From IMG/VR virus record IMGVR_UViG_3300035698_024280: a stretch of 64,000 nt of DNA; one strand, written 5' to 3'. Source of the stretch: a virus. The number at the start of each line of letters is the position of its first letter. Position 1 is the first letter of the stretch. Position numbers and translations under genes: made by a program. Shown piece by piece: positions 55,679 through 64,000 of this stretch. A model generated the notes under the pieces. That model did no database searches, was not told where the DNA came from, and was given only the letters and a program-made list of their open reading frames with translations.

Positions 55679-58675
55679 ATGCAGCCTATTCCTGTATATG
55701 GATCTATCAGTGTATCTAACTCAATTACAAATCTATCTACAGAAGAAGATAGGTGGTTGGATTTTAGTGAACCGTTTACTTTTAATGCTTTTGTAAAGCA
55801 GGTTGAAAATATAGGAACACCTCAACAATATAATAATGCATATAAAGATTATCTAGAAGCCTGGTATGTACATAAGGGTGAATCAAAGGAGGCTGTAATA
55901 TTAAATGTAAAAAATCAATACATTGATCTACTGCGTAATATCGCCTTAAATTATACTACATTAGAGGAGAAGAGATTTTTAAGTAATATAGATTATGATA
56001 GTGAAGAAGATTTAGCGATCGCTATCCCATTTTTCAGCTTAAAACTTTCGGATATATGTGAATTTTATATTGAAAAGAGAGAGAAACTGAAGACTAGAAC
56101 TGCTTCAGTCAAATCCAAAGGAACCACTCAGGAGTCTACTCAGAGAATTTTCGATACAATTTATGACTATGTATTTGTTGAATATGGTTATAATAACTAT
56201 AATCTTTTAAATACTAGTTTATCTGCAATAATTCAAGATTTAGATATAGAAATAGAGGAGCTATATGATACATATTCTGAATATTTTGATATCAGTGCTG
56301 ATTCGAACGCAAGTGATTATAACGCTACCGGTAGGCGTGCAGCATATTGGTCTTCAAATACGAATGTTTTTGAGCTCGACCTCTTTACTGATTTTGAAGA
56401 GTCTCTAAAGAGGGATATTTTTAAGAAGCCGATAATTATAGATAATATAGATTTATTTAAGGTAAATTATAGCCCAAGTTTAGTAGATCTAATATGTACA
56501 CCTAGTAATACATTAGAGCAGACAATAAGAGACGGTAAACCTAATAGTGAATATCGATTAGATATAAGAAAGAAAATATTATCAAAATATCTAGGTACTG
56601 ATATTTACTTTTTATCTACTAATAGTACATTGACTGATTTCACATCCGGTATATTAGCAGAAGCTGAATCCCCTGCAAAGAATTATTCAAATAAAAGATT
56701 CCCATCTACAGCCACTATACCGGAGGGGTCGAGGAAATCGGCGAGAGAACTTGGTCTGTTTTTTAAGCCAGATAAGTTAGGGAAGCTGACATTTAAAACG
56801 GCTATTGAGAACTTTTCAATAAAGGATATTGGTCAGCTTGAACCTGATAATATTTATATATTTCCAGACCCAAATCTATATGGTAACGTATCTAATTTTA
56901 CAGAAGATACACTCAAGAATTACCCTCTTGAGTTTTTTATAAATGAAAGTAAACTTAAAAAATCAGCTGGTCATGGGTTTTCCGTAAATGATGTATTTAG
57001 TACGCCATATGATACACTAGCCTATAGCTATAACAGCAATGAAAATACACAAAATAATCAAAATACTGTATTTACTCCACTGTTTACTAAGCTGTATAAT
57101 TCTGGGATATTGGCAAATTTAAAACATGATTTATATGGGAATCAATTTGGCCTTATAAAAAAATCTACCGGTAGAAGATCAATAGAGAGTGCTAGTTTAT
57201 TGATAAATAGTGCTAAGGATAAAGATCGCATATTATTTGACGGTCATGTATTTTATGATGATATAGAGGGGTATAATTTTAACTATAGCTTATCTAGTGA
57301 TGATCTATACTTAGGGTATGCGACGCGTACAGGTCTTACAGCAAGAACTATAGAAGAGGTACCATATGGTAGTGGGAACTACTCCACCGGATACAATTAT
57401 TTGAGTACTCATATGTTTAATCTCACAGGAGATGATATTAGTTCCTTATATTTCAGAGAGTTCTGCCCCTATATTGAAACTACATATAATGAGTCATTAG
57501 ATTATCTTTTAGAGAAAAGTGTAATATATGATGGCGGTGGTTTCCGGGGAGTTGATGAAATGAGCGCTGATGACATCAGATTCAATAAAGAACATGATAA
57601 CGCTGAAGTCTATTATAGTATACTTATAGAGGCGGGTATAAACCCTAATAATTCGAATATATCCTCACCTATAGACGAAGCGAGTTTTACAGCGGCTCCA
57701 ATATTATCTTCCAACAATTTTTTTATCATAGATGGTAAGAGCTTCGGGTTGGATATATTATATAGAGGCGAAACACTATATACTAACGATATATACCCAC
57801 GATCTGATGAAGAGATACCCCATTCAACAACAATTTTTGATAATTCAAGCGAAGCTGCTATTGATAAATCGCTTAGCTATATACAGCAGTTGTCAGGTAA
57901 TGTATTCGTTCATAACTTTAAGACTAATACGATTTTACCGTTGAGCGCTGCGCTGAGTGGGGTGTTTAGTTCATATGATAGTATAGTAAGAGATTCTATA
58001 TACGACGGAGATATTACATATTTTGATATATTATACAATACCATAATTATTGAAACGACTAATGATTTTATAGTTCAAGATTTCAAATTTGCGGATAATC
58101 AATTTAAATCTTCAATCGGTATATCTGATAATTTTGTATATAATGTACCCTTAAGCGATCCATTTAAATGGGTGAGTAATCCATTTTATGTTAACTCCTA
58201 CAATAAATTATATTTTTGCACTACTTCGTTATTAAGTACACTTTCCTCTTCAAATAGTAAAAGTGTATTTCCAGAAATATATGCTTATGATATTTCTGGA
58301 AATAAGGTCAAGAAGATATACCCGGTAGGTGATGATTATAATAAATTGTCATCACTATTCTCTCTTAGTGCTATAGGTATAAACATAACTAATATTACCA
58401 AGCCATCTCTAACTCACAACTCAAGAAATAATATTTTCTCATTAACGTGGGCAGGAAATGATGGTAATTATCAATCAACATTTTTTAATATGAGATTTAA
58501 TCATAAGGATAATGATAAATCTATCAATATACAAAGCATAAGGGCATACCCAATGTCACAAAACGGTTATAGCTATAACTTTTTTGACAGTATGAGTGCT
58601 TCATTATTGTCTGGATCTGAACTTAATACAGATCCTATACATTCAAAAGATACAGGTGAATATAAATTTAATTAG
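55679..58675 (+). CDS. Large baseplate/structural protein (998 aa)
   Basis: Long ORF in the structural operon; TATAAATA-N5-ATG. Confidence 0.65.
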   Translation: MQPIPVYGSISVSNSITNLSTEEDRWLDFSEPFTFNAFVKQVENIGTPQQYNNAYKDYLEAWYVHKGESKEAVILNVKNQYIDLLRNIALNYTTLEEKRFLSNIDYDSEEDLAIAIPFFSLKLSDICEFYIEKREKLKTRTASVKSKGTTQESTQRIFDTIYDYVFVEYGYNNYNLLNTSLSAIIQDLDIEIEELYDTYSEYFDISADSNASDYNATGRRAAYWSSNTNVFELDLFTDFEESLKRDIFKKPIIIDNIDLFKVNYSPSLVDLICTPSNTLEQTIRDGKPNSEYRLDIRKKILSKYLGTDIYFLSTNSTLTDFTSGILAEAESPAKNYSNKRFPSTATIPEGSRKSARELGLFFKPDKLGKLTFKTAIENFSIKDIGQLEPDNIYIFPDPNLYGNVSNFTEDTLKNYPLEFFINESKLKKSAGHGFSVNDVFSTPYDTLAYSYNSNENTQNNQNTVFTPLFTKLYNSGILANLKHDLYGNQFGLIKKSTGRRSIESASLLINSAKDKDRILFDGHVFYDDIEGYNFNYSLSSDDLYLGYATRTGLTARTIEEVPYGSGNYSTGYNYLSTHMFNLTGDDISSLYFREFCPYIETTYNESLDYLLEKSVIYDGGGFRGVDEMSADDIRFNKEHDNAEVYYSILIEAGINPNNSNISSPIDEASFTAAPILSSNNFFIIDGKSFGLDILYRGETLYTNDIYPRSDEEIPHSTTIFDNSSEAAIDKSLSYIQQLSGNVFVHNFKTNTILPLSAALSGVFSSYDSIVRDSIYDGDITYFDILYNTIIIETTNDFIVQDFKFADNQFKSSIGISDNFVYNVPLSDPFKWVSNPFYVNSYNKLYFCTTSLLSTLSSSNSKSVFPEIYAYDISGNKVKKIYPVGDDYNKLSSLFSLSAIGINITNITKPSLTHNSRNNIFSLTWAGNDGNYQSTFFNMRFNHKDNDKSINIQSIRAYPMSQNGYSYNFFDSMSASLLSGSELNTDPIHSKDTGEYKFN

Positions 58676-58676
58676 G

Positions 58677-59213
58677 ATGAATATGCAAACAGTACATTTA
58701 ACCGGCGGCCCAGCAGAAGGTAATCAGACCTATAATACTCTTTATATAAAGGGAGAAACGGATGTTACATTTAACTTCGCCTCACTGGCATTAGATAATA
58801 CAATCGTATCACGTATACAGATAGATTATGGCGACGGGTCTGCTATAGAGTATAAAAATTATAAAGTTGAAAATGACCATATTAATACCCCTATAACATA
58901 TAATTTTGCACGATATAACACATTTTTAATATCTACCGGGGCAGATCATACATTTAAATTTGATGAGAGCCATTACCCCGTTGAAGATAATAATATAGAT
59001 TATGGAGCAATAACAGCACAAATACTTGTTAGATATTCCGACTATAGAGAGGTGTTACATAGCATCCCAATTAATATTTATAAGGATAGTTATTATGATA
59101 CTTTAGGGGATGTTAGCATAATTAATACTCAATTAACTGATACTACCAATAATAACGTTTTTTGTATAGTAGAGACTGAGTCTGGTGACGTTATAAATAT
59201 AGTATTATCCTAA
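58677..59213 (+). CDS. Structural protein with PKD-like motif (about 178 aa)
   Basis: IQIDYGDGS; start reassigned to 58677 (or 58683) to avoid overlap with the upstream gene. Confidence 0.55.
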   Translation: MNMQTVHLTGGPAEGNQTYNTLYIKGETDVTFNFASLALDNTIVSRIQIDYGDGSAIEYKNYKVENDHINTPITYNFARYNTFLISTGADHTFKFDESHYPVEDNNIDYGAITAQILVRYSDYREVLHSIPINIYKDSYYDTLGDVSIINTQLTDTTNNNVFCIVETESGDVINIVLS

Positions 59214-59225
59214 ATATAAGTGTAA

Positions 59226-62200
59226 ATGGATACCGTATACTTTAGTACCAGCGCTCGTAGTTTAAGCGCAAGATTTGTTGATGAGGAGTTCTCTATTAAA
59301 TCTACTAGGCATATTATTGAATCGACAAATATATCGATACATAAGCCTGCCGCTCTTCAAGATGTGAAGGCTGCAAATATTAATAATTATAGTGCGCTTT
59401 TTTTATCTAAAAAAATTAGAGGGAGTGATATATTAAATTTTAATAATATATCGAATATAATTAATAATATAGTAACTCCTATATATATAGATAATTGTGA
59501 AGGTGATGTTGAGTCTCGTAAATATATATATATCAGTGAAAGTACGAGTGACTTCTCAAAGGATACATACCCATGCTTAGTCAAACAAGATGATAGTATA
59601 TCAGACGAAAGTCGTAAATATTTTGAGATTAATCTAATTAACTCAATATTTTGTCGCGTATCTCATCAATCTAAAAATAATATATTTTATTTAACCGTAA
59701 ATCAAGACGATAAATTGATGTTTAATAAGCAGGTAGTAGTAGAGGGTATACCGACTACCATCGATGATACATTATTTGAATATTATATAGATAACAATAC
59801 ACTAACCCTTGTGAAGTTAATAAGCGGAGTTGAAGGTGAGTATAGGAAAACGGTAAGCGTCGTTAATGATCAGCTTACTCTTACAAATTACAATTCCTCA
59901 GGAGGTAGTATATTGTTTAACTCGACGACTAAATTTAGCATAGATAATATAAATATAATTCAAGATATACACCCTAAAATAGATACTTCATGGGTATCAT
60001 ATAAGGACTTTAATAATAAAATTGACAATAGTCGAAGCATTTTTAATCAATCTACTAACTACTTTTTATCTACACAATATAGTAATATAACTGGGGACTA
60101 TATAGAATTAAATATGCTGCCTCTTAAGAATGCTTTAAGTAATGATAATACTATAATGCGAGGGGACTACATGACCCAATATAATTCAGAAAAAATACCG
60201 AATGTAGATCTAAGATCTTATGAAGGGATGCAAACCGGAAGCTTCGAAGAAAAAGGAAACACTGATATATCCTTTACATATACATATTATAATCAAAATT
60301 TTAAATTTTATCCAGATACATATAACACATTTACAACGCCGAAGAGCTTATACCCATATACACAGATAAATATTAATGATACATTATTTGCCAGGTGTGG
60401 AAGTTTCCCTGGGGACTCTCCCCATACTGCAGATAGATTATATACAGCGAATGAGGGGGTAATGCCGGGAGCGGCTACCGGAGAATACTTATGCACCTGG
60501 CTATCAGGTGGTGGTGGTGGTGCTAGCGTGTGGCTGGATAGGTATTATATACCTGAAGCTATTAATAAATTCAACGCTCTTTCATCTAGCGCAGTGAGTC
60601 ACGGGTATTTCTCTTCATTAGGAGAAACAATAAAGGCAGAAAATAATCTAGATGAATATTTTGATATCAAGAGTACTTTAGCTATTATACCAGATAGCAA
60701 ATATATATATCAGCGGATTGGCTCTACCTATATAAAGCAATTTTTAGAGCATTTAGATGATGAAATAATTTTAGATAGATTACAACTTAAATCATCACGG
60801 GGAGGATTACAGCCAGCTATTAGCGATGATGATGTGGATAGCAATATATATAATTTAGATAATTCTTACTACCTAACCAACGATAATGAATTAATTAATA
60901 GAAATTCTGAATTAACAATGTCATTCTGGCTTCGTAGACTCGATTGGAAGAAGTCAATAAATCATCAAATTTTAGGGTCCTACAACAATCGAGGCATTTC
61001 AGTGACAAACGATGAGGCTATAACCCCATTTGTTGCGGTTCAATCTGAATCTAAGCAATCGATTGATATATATAATACAAATGGTAGACGGCTACATACA
61101 GTCAGGCCCATCAGGACAAGCAGCAACCGTGAAAAAATTATAGATCTAATACGAACTGATCATTTAGATGATATGTATGCTATAACAGATAGTTTTAACA
61201 TTTATAAAATCCAATCAAATGGCCCTATATATAGCAGTAAGAAGCTTACTGAAATAACCGGATATATAAACTATTATAATTTTGGTGGGAAGTTGTATAT
61301 ATTGGAAAATGAAGAGGGTAGAGTAGTAGAACTAGATTTACATACAGAGGAGGTCACCATATTAGATCCAGTTATTATACCAGAAGAAAGTGGAGAAGTT
61401 TATAAAATTAGATCAATATCTATGGATATAAATGGTAACATTGTTGGGTTCCGAGGTGATAAGACTATTAAATTTAACGATTTATATGCTCTGACTCTCA
61501 TTGAAAATGTTACACTAGCTCTCGAATCATATGATCACTCCTCACGTCAGATTTTATTAAAAAATAATAATACATTAAATTCATTTACCTTAAGTAGGCA
61601 AGGTATCGTACTACCACCCACTCCCCTATCAGGAGTAGCTATTAAAGATTTTGCTGTTTTTGATAATAATATTTTTATAATTAAAGGTGAGAGCTTAATA
61701 AAAATGCGAGATAATGGTACAACAGTATATAATCTCCCTCTATTTGCTGGAGCTCCTTTAGCAGAAAATGAGAGCCGTAATGCAATTGCTGTAGATATTG
61801 TTCGAGAGTATATTAACGGCGAGTTATATGAATACCCTATTGTTATTGCAAACAGTACTATTAGTGAAAAAAAGCAGAATAATTATCTTATTAAAATATT
61901 AGAAGATAGTGTAGGTAACCCTTTAGTGGAGTCAGTATCTATAGAGACTAATGTAGTGTTTAATAGTAAGTGTGATGGGAGTAGTTATAGGTACAATTTA
62001 ACTAACTTTAAATATCTTCAAGATCAAATTGATGAAAAAAATCAGCTACACTTTAATTTTAAGATAGACAATACAAGAAATAGTACAGATAAATTAATTG
62101 CAAAATTTAATTATGATTTAGAAGAATTCCTACCCGGGAGTAAGCACCATTTTGCAATTAGGGTAGATACAAAAAGGGGGACAATAACCCTCTTTATAGA

Positions 62201-62672
62201 CTCTCATCAGGTCGAACAGTATATATTTAATCCTGCAAAGTATAATATTGAGTCGTTATTAACAGATGGTCTTTGTGTGGGAGGTACAAACTTCTTTAAT
62301 AATTTATTATTAGCGGATTACATAAAAATGCCAGGGTCATACTTATGTAGAGGTCTTCAAATGGAACAACCAAAATTTTACGCGACTGCAGTCGATGATA
62401 TAGATATAAAGTTTTTATACTATAACAATATAGATATGCCTAATTTAACCGTTTCACTTCCGGCGGGGGAAAATAATCAAATGGAGACAATTAAAGCGTA
62501 CTATAAGTGGCAGGGAGCGCCTAGCAAATCAAATGATATTAATATAATAATAAAGGGGGAGTTACTTGAGGATCTTCCTGATTCTAATTTAAAAGAAGCT
62601 ATAGTATTAGATATAACCAAAACCCTACCTGCATCCGTCAATATTAAAAATATCGAATTTAAATCTTATTAA
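59226..62672 (+). CDS. Large tail/baseplate protein with LamG/concanavalin-like segments (1148 aa)
   Basis: ELTMSFWLRR; KHHFAIRVD..G.ITLFIDS...LCVGG; YLCTWLSG...VWLDRYY. Confidence 0.65.
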   Translation: MDTVYFSTSARSLSARFVDEEFSIKSTRHIIESTNISIHKPAALQDVKAANINNYSALFLSKKIRGSDILNFNNISNIINNIVTPIYIDNCEGDVESRKYIYISESTSDFSKDTYPCLVKQDDSISDESRKYFEINLINSIFCRVSHQSKNNIFYLTVNQDDKLMFNKQVVVEGIPTTIDDTLFEYYIDNNTLTLVKLISGVEGEYRKTVSVVNDQLTLTNYNSSGGSILFNSTTKFSIDNINIIQDIHPKIDTSWVSYKDFNNKIDNSRSIFNQSTNYFLSTQYSNITGDYIELNMLPLKNALSNDNTIMRGDYMTQYNSEKIPNVDLRSYEGMQTGSFEEKGNTDISFTYTYYNQNFKFYPDTYNTFTTPKSLYPYTQININDTLFARCGSFPGDSPHTADRLYTANEGVMPGAATGEYLCTWLSGGGGGASVWLDRYYIPEAINKFNALSSSAVSHGYFSSLGETIKAENNLDEYFDIKSTLAIIPDSKYIYQRIGSTYIKQFLEHLDDEIILDRLQLKSSRGGLQPAISDDDVDSNIYNLDNSYYLTNDNELINRNSELTMSFWLRRLDWKKSINHQILGSYNNRGISVTNDEAITPFVAVQSESKQSIDIYNTNGRRLHTVRPIRTSSNREKIIDLIRTDHLDDMYAITDSFNIYKIQSNGPIYSSKKLTEITGYINYYNFGGKLYILENEEGRVVELDLHTEEVTILDPVIIPEESGEVYKIRSISMDINGNIVGFRGDKTIKFNDLYALTLIENVTLALESYDHSSRQILLKNNNTLNSFTLSRQGIVLPPTPLSGVAIKDFAVFDNNIFIIKGESLIKMRDNGTTVYNLPLFAGAPLAENESRNAIAVDIVREYINGELYEYPIVIANSTISEKKQNNYLIKILEDSVGNPLVESVSIETNVVFNSKCDGSSYRYNLTNFKYLQDQIDEKNQLHFNFKIDNTRNSTDKLIAKFNYDLEEFLPGSKHHFAIRVDTKRGTITLFIDSHQVEQYIFNPAKYNIESLLTDGLCVGGTNFFNNLLLADYIKMPGSYLCRGLQMEQPKFYATAVDDIDIKFLYYNNIDMPNLTVSLPAGENNQMETIKAYYKWQGAPSKSNDINIIIKGELLEDLPDSNLKEAIVLDITKTLPASVNIKNIEFKSY

Positions 62673-62673
62673 C

Positions 62674-64000
62674 ATGAAAATATCTGAACTCTTTAAAAAG
62701 CGATATGCATATGCTGATAGCGGTGAGCTATTATTAGATGGTAGTGCATATGAAGGATTTTTTAATATCAATAATGGTGTGTTTACTACTGGTAAGTATA
62801 GAACCGATAAATCAAAATTATTAACTAGTAATAATAAGATTGAATGTGATTACTACCAATCTAAATATTTTAAAGATCGTAAAATATCGGATAGTCTGCT
62901 ATTCCCGTATACTCGTGAAAATATATTAGTGCCTGCTAATGAGTCGATATCATATACTGCATTTAATAGTGTACTTAATAGGGTATATGAAAATACAATA
63001 TTTTTATATAGTAAGCTATTTATAGCCTCCAATAATATACCATCCGGTGAGACGTTTTGGGCAGGTGTTTCGGCAGATATTGATGTGTCGACGGCAACTG
63101 AGATATTAACAGCAACAGCTGATGGAGGGTTTGATTTGAAATGGCACGCGGGGGAATATATTGCTGATACAGTGTCTAGCAATGAAGTCGGCCTAAATGA
63201 TTTAGATTTAATCCGGAGGTTTGATAATATACAGACTAATGATGGTAATAATATAATTTTTGCATGTACTGGCACTAAATTAATAACATTATCCTCAGAT
63301 AGTGCATATAATACTATTAATGTTACATTTAGTGGGTCTAAAATTGATAGCAATAAGACGCTAGAATTTAAAAATATAGTAGATGTATGTATTGAAGGTA
63401 AGAAGATGTTTATTGCCGATTCCTCTAATAATACTATATTTAAATACGATATATCTAATTTCTTTAGTGATGGTTCAACAGATAAAAAGCTACTACTAGA
63501 AGAGAGTGTTGGTGGGGCTATAGATCGATCAAATCAAAAGAATTTATTTAGTAATATAGAACGTATAGAGTCTGCAGATGATACTATATACGTACATGAT
63601 TCAGGGGCAAATATAGTTAGGGTTTTTGATAGCTTTTTCTCGTGGATAGCTGATATTAAAATAACGGGTAAAAATGAAAAGATTTTAGCCTGCAAATATA
63701 ATAAATTTAATGATATATTATTTGTATTATCTTCTGCACCTAGAGTACCTCTACTCACCCCTCAGGGGTTGGCCTCCCCAACATTCAGAGGTGTTGGTAG
63801 TTCTATATATTATATAAATACGTTTAATAAATCTGGCTCAATACAGTATGAAAAATTTGAAATTCAGCTTGAAGATAATATTAATAAATATGAAACGAGT
63901 ATAGAATTTAGTACAGAAAACTCGAACGTCTTTTATATCCAAACGACATCTAATATTTTTAAATATTTCATATCTAACTTTTCTGAGCCTATAGGTAAAT
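62674..64000 (+). CDS. Large structural protein, truncated by the window end (beta-propeller-like repeats)
   Basis: Open frame from the ATG at 62674 (MKISELFKKRY...), confirmed by hand for about 330 codons and assumed to run to the window end; KMFIADSSNNTIFKY and IYVHDSGANIVRVFD (NHL-like). Confidence 0.7.
   Translation, partial: MKISELFKKRYAYADSGELLLDGSAYEGFFNINNGVFTTGKYRTDKSKLLTSNNKIECDYYQSKYFKDRKISDSLLFPYTRENILVPANESISYTAFNSVLNRVYENTIFLYSKLFIASNNIPSGETFWAGVSADIDVSTATEILTATADGGFDLKWHAGEYIADTVSSNEVGLNDLDLIRRFDNIQTNDGNNIIFACTGTKLITLSSDSAYNTINVTFSGSKIDSNKTLEFKNIVDVCIEGKKMFIADSSNNTIFKYDISNFFSDGSTDKKLLLEESVGGAIDRSNQKNLFSNIERIESADDTIYVHDSGANIVRVFDSFFSWIADIKITGKNEKILACKYNKFNDILFVLSSAPRVPLLTPQGLASPTFRGVGSSIYYINTFNKSGSIQYEKFEIQLEDNINKYETSIEFSTENSNVFYIQTTSNIFKYFISNFSEPIGK

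Noticed and set aside
30582-63758. Minus-strand ORFs inside sheath, tape measure, baseplate and fibre genes (e.g. 30582-30833, 40364-40783, 54850-55086, 62853-63353)
   Set aside because: They are antisense shadows of long conserved genes, with no motifs or promoter signatures.
1-64000. Stop-codon reassignment (code 15 or code 4) as in some large phages
   Set aside because: Long conserved genes are intact in code 11, and TAA, TAG and TGA all end genes that abut the next start.

Overview
This is a 64-kb segment of a large, AT-rich, T4-like myovirus (tailed dsDNA phage) genome that reads intact in genetic code 11. The left part (about 1-24.7 kb, almost all minus strand) is a dense early/accessory region of small orphan ORFs. 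It also holds an NlpC/P60 peptidase, tRNA-Arg(UCU), a DUF6745 gene pair, a Lar-like Zn-finger protein, TilS, a RadA/Sms-like ATPase, an Amidase_2 endolysin, DUF932, SprT-like peptidases, an AlkB-like oxygenase, DUF1501 and a PD-(D/E)XK exonuclease. The right part (about 24.7-64 kb) is morphogenesis: gp14-like neck, gp17 and gp16-like terminases, gp3, gp18 sheath, gp19 tube, baseplate hub and wedge genes (gp26-, gp53-, gp27-, gp25-, gp6- and gp7-like) and very large baseplate/fibre proteins. Interspersed are a sulfotransferase, a PAS-domain membrane protein, RmlB, Hsp20, dUTPase and the gp44 clamp loader. DUF1501 suggests a Planctomycetota/Verrucomicrobiota (PVC) host, which is an inference. 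The most unusual signals are: (1) a ~125-nt RNA-like element (14059-14183, minus) with a tRNA-type acceptor stem enclosing three tandem GG-loop hairpin + T-loop hairpin modules and no anticodon arm; (2) a late PAS-coiled coil-TM protein followed 2 nt downstream by an unannotated 48-aa hydrophobic ORF; (3) two promoter grammars, GGAAC-N5-TATAAT (early) and TAAATA-N5/6-start codon (apparently leaderless late mRNAs); (4) a virus-borne DUF1501 gene under a late-type promoter. All protein assignments come from motif recognition by eye, not database searches.
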